This document shows positions 1 through 10,275 of a stretch of 64,000 nt of DNA, piece after piece. Position 1 is the stretch's first letter; every line of letters begins with the position of its first letter. The DNA is from Thermodesulfobacteriota bacterium (lineage in GTDB: Bacteria; Desulfobacterota_D; UBA1144; Nemesobacterales; Nemesobacteraceae): contig CBDAUE010000002.1 in assembly GCA_965200595.1 (NCBI GenBank), forward strand, positions 346,237 through 410,236, written 5' to 3'. The translations under genes were made by a program, and so were the position numbers. The notes beneath the pieces are model-generated. The model did no database searches. It saw only the letters and a list, made by a program, of their open reading frames with translations, and had not been told where the DNA came from.

Positions 1-557
1 TCACAGTGACGCGGGCAAAAAGACCAATGGTTACGGCAGGGTGGTGCGGGTGTCTCTTGAGCGTGACCGTCGTATTTTTACTCCCGCGCGGCACGGCAGT
101 CCGTCATGGAACCGGGCTTACAGAAAGCGAACTGCCATTGAGCGTTTAAACTCACGCATAGGGGGCAGCTTCAGGTTTGAGAAGCACTATATCAGGGGCA
201 AGGCGAAGATGGCCTTCAGAGCGGGTATGGCGATTGCAGTGATAATGGCTCTTGCGGTGGGTCACGCAAAGGCTGGCAGAACGGAGCGTATCAGATCCCT
301 TGTGTCGGGGTTTTATACCGATACCGGATAGTCCTTCTTTAAATTATTCACCAGAAAATTTAAACGGAATTCAACCTTGTGTGGACTGCTGCGTCCGCAC
401 CCGGGCAGAACAGCGATTCCTGGGTGAAATTGGTGCTGAGTTGTGTCTGAATCAGCCTGAATCAGACAACTCGGCTTTGAAATTGCCGGAATACCCTCCC
501 CTCCCTTCCGCTGTGTGCTTCCAAAAATCTCAAAACCCCCTACTACGCAAATGCCTC
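1..557 (+). mobile_element. 3' part of DDE insertion sequence (copy of 13043-14989), cut by window edge
   Basis: Near-identical to the reverse complement of 13043-~13600. Transposase C-terminus ends at 331. Terminal IR TACTACGCAAATGCCTC at 541-557. Confidence 0.95.
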
Positions 558-636
558 GTGCAGGAACGTAAATTGCTTTATCAGGCTGTTTTTAGTAAAC
601 TACACGTTTTTTATAGAATAATCCGGCGGGTAAGCG

Positions 637-1017
637 ATGAAATCTACACGAATAAAAATAAGCATAAGCCAGGACGGCTCGCTCTCCAAAGAGTCCGTCG
701 AAACCGTTAATTTTGGATTTCCACTCATTCCGAGAAAGCTTCTGAAATCCATGGGAGTTGAAAAAGTGAATGATACAACTTACGTAGGTATCGTGTCAGT
801 TTTTTTGAATCTTATGGAAAAGGAGCAAGAGATAGAAATTGAACTGGGAGTGGAGGCTTCCGACGCTAGAAAGAAAATTCTGGATCTTTTCGCTAAGGGT
901 TTTCAGAATATAAGCGGAAAAGATGCTCCTGACACTGAAAAGAAATCAAAACCCACCCCGAAAACAAAAAAACCGCGGGTGAGCAAGAAGGCTTCCGACG
1001 CGAAGAAGACCAGCTAG
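637..1017 (+). CDS. hypothetical protein with Lys-rich C-terminal tail
   Basis: 126-aa ORF ending 5 bp before guaB; no family recognised. Confidence 0.7.
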   Translation: MKSTRIKISISQDGSLSKESVETVNFGFPLIPRKLLKSMGVEKVNDTTYVGIVSVFLNLMEKEQEIEIELGVEASDARKKILDLFAKGFQNISGKDAPDTEKKSKPTPKTKKPRVSKKASDAKKTS

Positions 1018-1022
1018 CTGCT

Positions 1023-2492
1023 ATGCAGGATTTTGTTTTTGAAGAGGCGCTTACATTTGACGACGTAATACTATCTCCATGCTATTCTGAAGTTATGCCG
1101 AGCGAGGTTGACGTCTCCGTAAGGCTTACCCGGCGCATAAACCTCAATATTCCTATGCTGAGTGCCGCCATGGATACCGTGACCGAATTCCGCACGTCAA
1201 TTGCCATGGCACAGGAAGGCGGTATAGGAATAGTCCACAGAAACCTCTCCATCCCGGCCCAGGCGGGCGAAGTCGAGAGGGTAAAGAAATACGAAAGCGG
1301 AATGATCGTTAACCCGCTGACCGTAAGTCCGGGAACCCGGGTCAGCGAAGCCCTCGATATAATGGTTGAAAACGATATCTCAGGCCTTCCCGTCACAAAA
1401 CCTGACAAAACGCTTCACGGAATAATTACCAACAGGGACATAAGATTTGAAAAGAACATGGATCTTAAGATCGACAAGGTCATGACTCCCAGAGAGGAGC
1501 TTGTTACCGTAAGGGAGGGCACCACTCTTCTTGAATCCAAAGAACTTCTTCACAAATTCAAGATAGAGAAACTGCCGGTTGTTGATGACGGATTCAAGCT
1601 TCGTGGCCTTATAACCATGAAGGATATAGAGAAAATAGAGAAGTTTCCCAAGGCGTCTAAGGACGCGATGGGAAGGCTTCTGGTGGGAGCCGCGGTCGGA
1701 GTTGACAAACACAGCCAGGAACGTGTGGACGAGCTTGTTAAGGCAGGTTGTGACGTAATAGTGGTTGATACTGCGCACGGACATTCGAAAAGGGTGCTCG
1801 ACAGCCTGACCCGCATAAGAAAAAAATACCCGGATATGGATTTGGTGGCCGGCAATATAGCCACCTCCGAAGCAGCCGAGGATCTTATAAAAGCTGGTGC
1901 CGACTGTCTTAAAGTTGGCGTGGGCCCCGGATCGATATGCACTACGCGCATGATAGCCGGCATAGGAGTACCGCAGATAACCGCCATAAAGAAGGTCTGT
2001 TCCGTGGCGAAAAAGCACGACATACCAGTAATCGCCGACGGAGGGATAAAATACTCGGGGGATATAACGAAGGCCCTTGCCGCCGGAGCAGACTCAGTGA
2101 TGATAGGAAATCTGCTTGCCGGGTCAGACGAAGCCCCCGGTGAGGTTGTTCTCTATCAGGGGAGAACCTACAAGGTCTACCGTGGCATGGGTTCAATTGA
2201 AGCGATGAGGGCCGGAAGCAGGGACCGTTATGCCCAGGACGATGAGATGATGGAGGCTAAGCTTGTTCCCGAAGGAATAGAGGGAAGGGTTCCCTACAGG
2301 GGCAGTATAGGGGCTATAACCTACCAGCTGGTCGGTGGACTTCGTGCGGGAATGGGATACACCGGTTCTGCAACTATCAAGGAACTTCAGGAAAATGCGA
2401 AGCTAGTGAAGATTACCAATGCCGGGCTTCAGGAAAGTCACGTTCACGACATCGTAATTACCAAGGAATCTCCCAACTACAGGATCGGGTGA
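1023..2492 (+). CDS. guaB: IMP dehydrogenase
   Basis: [17 protein letters not shown] pair, catalytic [19 protein letters not shown]. Confidence 0.98.
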   Translation: MQDFVFEEALTFDDVILSPCYSEVMPSEVDVSVRLTRRINLNIPMLSAAMDTVTEFRTSIAMAQEGGIGIVHRNLSIPAQAGEVERVKKYESGMIVNPLTVSPGTRVSEALDIMVENDISGLPVTKPDKTLHGIITNRDIRFEKNMDLKIDKVMTPREELVTVREGTTLLESKELLHKFKIEKLPVVDDGFKLRGLITMKDIEKIEKFPKASKDAMGRLLVGAAVGVDKHSQERVDELVKAGCDVIVVDTAHGHSKRVLDSLTRIRKKYPDMDLVAGNIATSEAAEDLIKAGADCLKVGVGPGSICTTRMIAGIGVPQITAIKKVCSVAKKHDIPVIADGGIKYSGDITKALAAGADSVMIGNLLAGSDEAPGEVVLYQGRTYKVYRGMGSIEAMRAGSRDRYAQDDEMMEAKLVPEGIEGRVPYRGSIGAITYQLVGGLRAGMGYTGSATIKELQENAKLVKITNAGLQESHVHDIVITKESPNYRIG

Positions 2493-2588
2493 TAACGGTT
2501 TTCCTATCTCGTAAAGCAGGCCTCACAAAGCGTGGTTTGCACTTAAAGGCTTTTCGAATTTTATCGCAACGGGGAAGGCGGACGTAAA

Positions 2589-4121
2589 ATGCGGAAAAAA
2601 GTTCTTGTTCTTGATTTTGGTTCACAGTACACGCAGCTTATCGCCAGGCGTACTAGGGAACTGGGAGTTTATTCCGAAATAAAGCCCTACAGCACTACAG
2701 CAGACCAAATAATGGAAGACCCTCCGGGGGCGATAATACTCTCCGGCGGGCCTTCAAGCGTCTGGGAAAATGGTTCTCCCAGGGTGGAAGGGGAGATGCT
2801 GTCTTTAGGAATACCGATTCTGGGTATCTGTTACGGGCTTCAGGTGCTGGTTTTCCAGCTAGGCGGCAGGGTTGAACATTCTGAGAAGAGAGAATACGGT
2901 CCCGCTGTTCTGAACTTGGTAGCGGAAGACCCGCTTTTCTCGGATGTGGAGAAGACATCTGGAGTCTGGATGTCTCACGGAGACAGGGTTTTGAATGTGC
3001 CTGAGGAATTCACTGCGATAGCCGATACCGAGAACACGGAGTGTGCGGCGGTAAGAAACGCAGACGGAAACATATACGGAGTGCAGTTCCACCCGGAGGT
3101 GGCGCATACAGAATTCGGAGTCCGCATACTTTCCAATTTCCTTTTTCATGTGGCGCGGCTTGAAGGGAACTGGACGGCGGCCTCATTCATAGAGCATTCA
3201 GTACACAGCTTAAGGGAAAGGATCGGGAACGGCAGGATCATATGCGGCCTCTCCGGGGGAGTTGACTCCTCGGTCGCTGCAGCTCTTATTAACGAGGCGG
3301 TGGGACGCAGGCTTTACTGTATTTTCGTTGATACGGGATGCATGAGGCTTGGTGAGGCTCAGGAGGTCTGCGACGCTTTTTCCGAATTTGAGATGAATTT
3401 TATTCATGTGGATGCCTCTGAGAGGTTTCTTTCCCATCTTGAGGGTGTTGAAGATCCGGAAAGGAAAAGAAAAATTATGGGTGAGCAATTCGTAAGGGTC
3501 TTTGAGGAAGAGGCTGAAAAGATATCTGATGTTCGTTTTCTGGCCCAGGGAACGCTCTATCCCGATGTTATCGAGAGCGTGAGCGTCAAGGGTCCTTCAG
3601 CCGTCATAAAGTCCCATCACAATGTCGGAGGGCTGCCGGAGAAGATGAACCTGCAGATAGTAGAACCTCTCCGGGAACTTTTCAAAGACGAGGTGAGAAA
3701 CGTTGGTGAAGCTCTCGGGCTTTCTTCCTCTCTGATAGGCCGCCATCCCTTTCCCGGTCCCGGTCTTGCGATCAGGATAATGGGAGAAGTTACGCTTGAC
3801 AGACTCTTCATACTGAGACACGCGGACAGCATTTTTATAGACGAACTTAAAAAAGCTGGGGTATATGATGAAATATGGCAGGCTTTCTGCGTTTTTATCC
3901 CGGTAAAGACAGTGGGAGTGATGGGCGATGAGCGCACCTATGAAAATGTCTGTGCTCTGAGGGCTGTGAGCAGTACAGATGGAATGACCGCCGACTGGTC
4001 GAAGATATCCTATGACTTGCTCGGGAAAATCTCAGTAAGAATCATAAACGAGGTAAAGGGAATAAATCGGGTCGTATACGATATATCCACAAAGCCTCCC
4101 GGCACCATAGAGTGGCAGTGA
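2589..4121 (+). CDS. guaA: GMP synthase (glutamine-hydrolysing)
   Basis: [51 protein letters not shown]. Confidence 0.98.
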   Translation: MRKKVLVLDFGSQYTQLIARRTRELGVYSEIKPYSTTADQIMEDPPGAIILSGGPSSVWENGSPRVEGEMLSLGIPILGICYGLQVLVFQLGGRVEHSEKREYGPAVLNLVAEDPLFSDVEKTSGVWMSHGDRVLNVPEEFTAIADTENTECAAVRNADGNIYGVQFHPEVAHTEFGVRILSNFLFHVARLEGNWTAASFIEHSVHSLRERIGNGRIICGLSGGVDSSVAAALINEAVGRRLYCIFVDTGCMRLGEAQEVCDAFSEFEMNFIHVDASERFLSHLEGVEDPERKRKIMGEQFVRVFEEEAEKISDVRFLAQGTLYPDVIESVSVKGPSAVIKSHHNVGGLPEKMNLQIVEPLRELFKDEVRNVGEALGLSSSLIGRHPFPGPGLAIRIMGEVTLDRLFILRHADSIFIDELKKAGVYDEIWQAFCVFIPVKTVGVMGDERTYENVCALRAVSSTDGMTADWSKISYDLLGKISVRIINEVKGINRVVYDISTKPPGTIEWQ

Positions 4122-4124
4122 AAC

Positions 4125-4260
4125 CTGGCCAACTCTCTTTTTAAGTATGGCAAATTCACCTGTAATGGCCCCAAGCTCCCAGCCGTCCTCGCCGAGCGAA
4201 ACAAAAGAATCGTCAAGATTTTCCTTTTGTAGGCCGCTATACCGTGGTCTTAGGGTCTTT
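4125..4260 (-). pseudogene. degenerate duplicate of the 3' part of the DUF4177-like gene at 6411-6623
   Basis: Direct imperfect repeat of 6411-6577 (SLGEDGWEL..ITGEFAI.KKRVG) with a ~30-bp deletion and TAG changed to CAG; lacks a 5' end. Confidence 0.85.
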
Positions 4261-4732
4261 CCTGACTTCAGCATCTTCGTAAGGTAAGTACTTGAAATCA
4301 CACGTACGGGTCCCTGTTTTTACACTACAGGATATATTCTTTAACTGTTTCTGCGCAGCTGGGAGTCCCCGGACTTCTGCCGATTGAGCACAGTCCCCCG
4401 AAGCGGCATAAAGGGATCTGCATCACCTCCTTCCCGCCATCTTACTGCGAGCTTTCCATATACTGTCGAATTCAGGCAGACGGCAAGGTTCTCCTAACAC
4501 TTCATGGAACTCCAGGCTGCGGTGCTCCCGTTTTTCAAGCATCTGGGCATTGGCTATGGGAAGAGATTGTAGAAAACCGGACAGTTTAATTTGCTTCTTA
4601 CAACTGTAGCATAGAATATTGATTTTCTGCAGAGACTTTGTTATTTTACGATTGTTTATTAGCTTCACAGAAGAAACAAACTGTAGATGTCTCTTAATAA
4701 CTGCCTAAACTATCTAGGGGGGGGGTAAAATA

Positions 4733-6199
4733 ATGAAAAAAGTCAGTCTGGTTACACTGTTTTCGAGTCTTTTACTTGTTTTTAGTGTCGTGGGGGGGGG
4801 TACGCATTTAGCGTTTGCCAATACCGCCGCGGATGCTCGCAGCGCAGGCACTGAGGAAGCCATGAGAGCTTTTGTGGTGAGCACAAAACAGCGGTGGGAA
4901 CGGATCACGGATCCCGACGGGCATTCGGAGTTTCGAGTTGCTATGAGAACTGACGACGGGGTGTGGAAGGACGGCGACATATACATTATTTCAGTTAATC
5001 AGAAAATCTTCTTACCTCAGATATTAGAACCGGGTGAAAGCATACTTTTCCATGGAGGACACCATGGTTCCACAGATGGATCTTTAAGGCACATTCGGAT
5101 TTTTGAGCAGCTCATGACTGAGGTAGAGCAGGCAGATGGGAATCCTGTATGTCTTGTAGACACAAGAGCCACAAGAGAAGGCAGACATATCTGTGCGGTT
5201 GGAGTTACTCTTAGCGAAAGACAGTCCACATTTGATCAGTACTTAGTTGCGGGTTTTGATCATGAACCGGAACAGGTTGACTATAGCAAGGCCCCGTGCG
5301 GAATTGAGGAGGGATGGTTTGGCCAGACATCAACAGACTCCAATGGAGAGGAGTTTACGCGTACAAGTGCCGACATGGTGACTGACAGGGAAAGTCTGGT
5401 TGATTATCTCAAAACTGTAGACGAGCACATTACTGCGGAGACTAAGAGGATTCAAGACAGTCTTCCCCCGGGGCTCCCGCTAGGGGCACAGATAGGATAT
5501 GTAGCACAGGACTTGCTTCGGTTAAGGCCGTGCTGGAGAGAAAAGGACGGTCCTTGGAAATCTGGGGAGATATATTTTTATCTGACCAGGTACACGGATA
5601 AACAGTATGGGATTTTTAACGGGCTTAATGCTGAATTTGAGGATGTGACATTGCATTTATATGACGGCTGCATTGATGTAGGGTAGACAATCTTTGATAT
5701 ACTGGATCAAGAAGGCGTAACTGACGGTTTCTTGAAATACTACTGGTCTGACCCTCGCAGAAACGATGATCTGGTGATTGACGATAGCGGAAATTCTATA
5801 CGGGGTTTATCTCCCGGCACATCGGTTAAGCTTGGTTACTTTCTGGAGACAAACTTCCGTATTTTTGGTGGCAATTTCGTTCTCGGCTCGGGCATATATC
5901 TGGACGAGGAATACTATGTTCCCGACAGCGAGATGTGTCAGGACATACCTGACGACCTGTCCGAAGCGGCCCGTGCCAGACTTGACGAATTTCCGGATTT
6001 TACGGATTTCATAGAACCGGAGCAGCCAGAAGAACCGGAGCAGCCGGAGGAATCACCCCAGCAGGAAGATGATGGGGGATGTGCAATTGCTTCTTCGGAC
6101 GGGGGCAATTTAAAAGCCGCAGGGCTTGGCTTTATTCTGATGGCCGGGGTTATGTTTTTTGGGGTTTTTGGGGAGAGGCGCTTCGGACGGAAGAATTAA
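4733..6199 (+). pseudogene. secreted tandem Cache-like protein with GGC-TM-basic C-terminal sorting signal; one in-frame TAG at 5684-5686
   Basis: ORFs 4733-5686 and 5732-6199 share a frame. Translation through TAG (CIDVG*TIFDILDQ) aligns colinearly with paralog 59682-61106 (CIDYGTTVRNILDQ). N-terminal signal peptide. Confidence 0.85.
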
Positions 6200-6297
6200 G
6201 GCTTGGAAGTTTTGAGGTTGACTAGTTAGAACAGCAGTTGGGTTCCCGGTTTGAATGTATTGCAGTAACCATGCAGGCAAGTCGGGAATCTTTGTAT

Positions 6298-6407
6298 CCT
6301 GACTTCACACTGTGCAAAGCCGAGAGAATATATCTTGCAGTGTGCAGACATATGCCCACCCATTATGATTTCAGGCACTTGCAAGTATGAATGTACTGTG
6401 AATCAGG
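6298..6407. mobile_element. MITE-like ~110-bp element with CCTGA(C)TTCACA inverted ends
   Basis: CCTGACTTCACA at 6298 and TGTGAATCAGG at 6397-6407. Homology with the paralog's 3' flank stops exactly at 6297. No target duplication seen. Confidence 0.5.
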
Positions 6408-6410
6408 AAT

Positions 6411-6623
6411 CTAGCCGACTCTCTTTTTAAATATAGCGAACTCGCCTGTAATGGTTGCAAGTTCCCAGCCGTCCTCGCCGAGCGAAACAAGAGAATCTTC
6501 AAGGTTTCCCCTGGCGTTCTCCCTTCTTGAATCGACTTCCTCCTTGTAGACCGCTATATCGTGGTCTTGGGGTCTTTTGACAAGCACATCTGTCGAGACT
6601 ACCTTGTATTCCCAGCGTTCCAC
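6411..6623 (-). CDS. DUF4177-like small protein
   Basis: WEYKVV ... LGEDGWEL ... FKKR pattern; GTG start overlaps the upstream TAG. Confidence 0.75.
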   Translation of the reverse strand: MERWEYKVVSTDVLVKRPQDHDIAVYKEEVDSRRENARGNLEDSLVSLGEDGWELATITGEFAIFKKRVG

Positions 6624-6796
6624 TATTTTTCCTGTTCTTCTCTTTTCTCTTCTTCGTCGATGACAAGCGGGATGGCCTTGTCACTTGCGTCGGGCAGGGA
6701 TTTTATGTGTTTTTCGTAATCTTTCTGGGTTATATTCCCTTCTTTTATATATCTTTTGTAAGTCCGTATATCAAACAATTTTTCGTTATCCTGCAT
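6623..6796 (-). CDS. 57-aa hypothetical protein (below ORF-track cutoff)
   Basis: MQDNEKLFDIRTYKRYIKEGNITQKDYEKHIKSLPD...; GGAGG RBS; TAGTG coupling to the next gene. Confidence 0.75.
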   Translation of the reverse strand: MQDNEKLFDIRTYKRYIKEGNITQKDYEKHIKSLPDASDKAIPLVIDEEEKREEQEK

Positions 6797-6964
6797 TATT
6801 TAGTCCTCCAGACAGAAAAGGATTTTAACCACGAGCGAGGTTTTTTCAAACACAGCTGCTAACAGTGTTAAGGTCCGCAGCTTTATATGAGCCTTTTGGA
6901 GTTGCGTACTGCAAGGGTTATATGAAAAAAGCAAAACTGCACAAACGGCATTTTATAAAACCGG

Positions 6965-7933
6965 TCAGTTATCTTTGCTGTTAACAGAAAGGGATTTCGG
7001 GCTGCCGTTAGTTTTTTCCTGCAAGAACCAGTTCCATGTTTTAAAAAGGCCTTCGCGCAAGGTCACCTGCGTGTTCCATCCGAGTCTGTTTTGTGCAAGT
7101 GAGCAGTTAAGACTTATCCTCTTCACTTCTCCTGCACGCTCTTTTTCGTGAACGGTCCTAAATTCGGTTTCGGTTATCTCCCCGAGTAAGCGCACAATTT
7201 CATTTACCGAACTCTCGACAGAAGTTCCTATGTTGAAAGTTCCCTCTTGCCTCAGGGTTGCGGCAAGCAGGTTTGCCCTCGACACATCAGAGACATGAAC
7301 GTAATCTCTTGTCTGTTGTCCGTCTCCGAATATAATGCAGGGTTCTCCTCTGATTATTCTCTCGCAGAAAATCCCTATCACGCCGGCTTCTCCCTCAGGG
7401 TTCTGCCTTTCTCCATACACGTTTGAGTATCTCAGAATAACGTGTCCGAAACCATGGCTCCTAGAGCAGTACTTTACATAATTTTCCGTTGAGAGCTTTG
7501 AGATTCCATATGGGGATAGAGGCAGCGCGGGGGTCAGTTCGTCTGCGGGGAGATTCTCCGGTTCCCCGTAAAGAGCGCCTCCGGTTGATGAAAAGATGAA
7601 TTTCTCGGTTCTGTATTCTGCACAGAGTCTTAAAACGTTTATAGATCCGTTTATATTTATTTCGGCGTCAGCAGAGGGGTTTTCCACTGAATTTCTTACG
7701 TTTATCTGTGCCGCATGGTGATTAACGATCTGGGGGCGGAACTTGCGAAAAGCCTTTTCAAGTCCGGCTGAGTCCCTTGTGTCGCACTCAACGAATTCGG
7801 CTTCGGGAGGGATGTTGTCCTCAGATCCCGTCGAGAGGTTGTCGATCACGAGAACCTCGTGCCCCTCGGAAATATAGGCTTCACATACCCAGGAGCCTAT
7901 GAAACCCGCTCCGCCTGTGATTATTATTCTCAC
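6965..7933 (-). CDS. NAD-dependent epimerase/dehydratase (UDP-glucose 4-epimerase-like)
   Basis: TGGAGFIG, SSTGGA, YGISK (YxxxK), RYSNVYG; likely GTG start at 7933. Confidence 0.92.
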   Translation of the reverse strand: MRIIITGGAGFIGSWVCEAYISEGHEVLVIDNLSTGSEDNIPPEAEFVECDTRDSAGLEKAFRKFRPQIVNHHAAQINVRNSVENPSADAEININGSINVLRLCAEYRTEKFIFSSTGGALYGEPENLPADELTPALPLSPYGISKLSTENYVKYCSRSHGFGHVILRYSNVYGERQNPEGEAGVIGIFCERIIRGEPCIIFGDGQQTRDYVHVSDVSRANLLAATLRQEGTFNIGTSVESSVNEIVRLLGEITETEFRTVHEKERAGEVKRISLNCSLAQNRLGWNTQVTLREGLFKTWNWFLQEKTNGSPKSLSVNSKDN

Positions 7934-8126
7934 TTTTTTCCTTCCAGGTATCGTGGAATAATAGGGTTCCCTTGAGTTTTTGTCAAAAACCTGCCGGCCC
8001 GGAAGATCGGGAAATTCCGTCGGGATTCGCGTGCGGAGGCCAAGCATTCAGATTCCGGCTGCTAATACTAATCCCATGTCCGTATCTGCGTTATGTAAAA
8101 GCCGTTTTGTGTTATTCCGATTATGG

Positions 8127-8843
8127 TTAACGCTGCATTAGAGACACTCTGCCCACTTCATCAAAAACATTACTGCATGCTCTGAGCTCCATACCGCCAC
8201 TGCCGTTATCCTGTACAAGGTATCTTCTCAGCCCCGTGTGAACATCCTCTGCATTTGTTGTTGCCGTGCAGCCAGAAGCTGCCGTCTCCAAAACCGTTCT
8301 CGGTACCATCACGTAAGGACATATAATCACGGGATGGTCTGACGGACGATAAGCGTGGCCAGTCCAGTAACCCGTGAATATAGTTTCATCGGCAATGTCG
8401 GTATCGGTTCTTGAAGCGAGATAAGATAATCCGGGATAGACAAAATTTCCATCGTTATCAACGGATACGTAACTGCTTACTATAGTTTCATTACCGTCAC
8501 TGTCAGTGAGCTTTGATCCTGCGTGTTGAAACTGCGCTCCTCCGAATTCCTCGCCTGCCGCAACAATCCCGACGTCAAGTTTACCAGTGGATTCATCTCC
8601 TTCCAGAAGCACATCAATATCCTCGTTGCTGCAGACAGTTTCTCCGTCCTGGTTGACACTGATATAGAACCCTCTCATTTCCATCCTCGTTTGCGTCGGT
8701 GCCGGTGTCATTTCATTGTCATCATCACAAGATGAAAGCACCAGCAATCCCGTAAGGCCAAACGCCACCGATAAAGCAAAGATTCCGAAACTGCCTAACC
8801 CTTCAAAACGGTGCAGGGAAAAGCCACCATAAAGTTTCCACAC
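8127..8843 (-). CDS. hypothetical lipoprotein
   Basis: Hydrophobic stretch ending in lipobox-like LSSC followed by DDD; GGAGG upstream. Confidence 0.7.
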   Translation of the reverse strand: MWKLYGGFSLHRFEGLGSFGIFALSVAFGLTGLLVLSSCDDDNEMTPAPTQTRMEMRGFYISVNQDGETVCSNEDIDVLLEGDESTGKLDVGIVAAGEEFGGAQFQHAGSKLTDSDGNETIVSSYVSVDNDGNFVYPGLSYLASRTDTDIADETIFTGYWTGHAYRPSDHPVIICPYVMVPRTVLETAASGCTATTNAEDVHTGLRRYLVQDNGSGGMELRACSNVFDEVGRVSLMQR

Positions 8844-9110
8844 AACACAATCCTCCCTTGATTAAGTAAACAGTTCCATAATAACACAGTTCGCACAGGG
8901 GCGTTTGCAGAATTTCTGTTTATTTTAAAACTTGGTTCTCTATCAGTATCCACAGGGTCTGCGGCACTTCGGTTTGTTCCGTTTTTAAGTTATACTCCCC
9001 TCGCAACCAGTTTGCCTGCCTTGTTCGGAGCTGACGACATCTTGTTGTTCCGCAAGTGCATGCGTGCATAACTCAGCAAGCAGGATCACTGTAACGGAAA
9101 TTGATTAGCC

Positions 9111-9887
9111 GTGCTTCTCGCAATTGACGTCGGCAACACAAGCATCAGGGTCGGAATATTTTCCGGAGACGAACTCGTATACAGTTTCAGTGTGGATACG
9201 GACAGAACCAAAAGCCCTGATGATTACGGAATTATTTTTTTCGGCAAAATGAACGAAAACGACATATCATCCTCTTCGTTCACCGGCGCCATCATGTCCT
9301 GCGTTGTTACTGACATGCAGGACGGCATGGCAAAACTTGTGGAGAAATATTTCGGTCACAGCCCCATAATAGTCGGTCCTGAGACAAGAACTGGAATGCA
9401 GATCCGCATTTATAATCACGAAGAGCTCGGGGCTGACAGAATAGCAAATGCCGTTGCTGCCTACCACCGCATCGCCGGAAGCGCGATAGTGGTTGATCTC
9501 GGCACGGCGACCACTTTTGACTGCATTTCTGAAAAAGGAGAATATCTGGGCGGAGCCATAGTTCCGGGGATCGAACTTTCCACGGTGGCGCTCTACCACG
9601 GAACTTCCAAGCTTCCGAAAGTCGATCCCGAAAAACCCGAACAGGTAATAGGCAAAGACACGGTCGAGTGCATACAGTCGGGACTGTTCTACGGTTACGC
9701 CTCGATGATTGACGGGCTTTGCGCGAAACTCAAAAAGGAAATAGGATCTTCTGCCGAGATCGTAATGACCGGGGGCTTTGCCGAACTGATCTGTGGGGAG
9801 TGCTACTCTGTTGACCAGGTCGACAAGGATTTGGCTCTTTACGGACTGAGACTGATTTATGAACTCAACTCTCAGATACTGTGTTAG
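9111..9887 (+). CDS. coaX: type III pantothenate kinase
   Basis: IDVGNT, LGADR, VDLGTATT, GGAIVPG, TGG motifs. Confidence 0.95.
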   Translation: MLLAIDVGNTSIRVGIFSGDELVYSFSVDTDRTKSPDDYGIIFFGKMNENDISSSSFTGAIMSCVVTDMQDGMAKLVEKYFGHSPIIVGPETRTGMQIRIYNHEELGADRIANAVAAYHRIAGSAIVVDLGTATTFDCISEKGEYLGGAIVPGIELSTVALYHGTSKLPKVDPEKPEQVIGKDTVECIQSGLFYGYASMIDGLCAKLKKEIGSSAEIVMTGGFAELICGECYSVDQVDKDLALYGLRLIYELNSQILC

Positions 9888-10275
9888 GAAAATCGTCTCG
9901 GAAACCACCAGTTTTGTTCTCTCCTTGGAACTTGCGCACGGCCATAGCCATTGGGTCTTTCCAAACGCGCAATGTATGTACAGAAGAAAAAAGGCTGTCG
10001 GGGTCGAGTTTGAGGAGAATGAGCTATGGGCCTTTCTGTGCGGGCAGTCCCGCTTGGTAAAAGCTGATTCTTCAGTTTCCGGAACGTACGTTTTAAATTC
10101 CCAGAGCACCTCCAGGATTTCTTTTAATCTCGATTGCTCACACCTTTTTCAGGGAAGTTACGTTCTTATTTCTCCGAGCTGGGGGCGTCACTCGAAAAGA
10201 AAGATGTGGCTTCTGATTCCTTCTTTGGGGCGGCAGCCGCGGCCGGCAGTAAAACAGTGTGCTTAAAGGCAGTTC

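Noticed and set aside
252-710. ORFs reading out of the IS end (also 12980-13348, 20540 and 58147 extensions)
   Set aside because: Chance frames spanning IS termini; the IS3 transposase starts at MKSKRR after an AGGAGG RBS.
4300-4700. ORF 4423-4668 and nearby sequence
   Set aside because: No recognisable product or RBS; possibly decayed DNA.
6014-6049. 18-bp tandem repeat (EPEQPE x2)
   Set aside because: Ordinary low-complexity linker, only two units.
8940-9110. Possible structured leader upstream of coaX
   Set aside because: Only weak pairing (CCTGCCTTG/CAAGCAGG) and no recognisable RNA motif; needs an Rfam scan.
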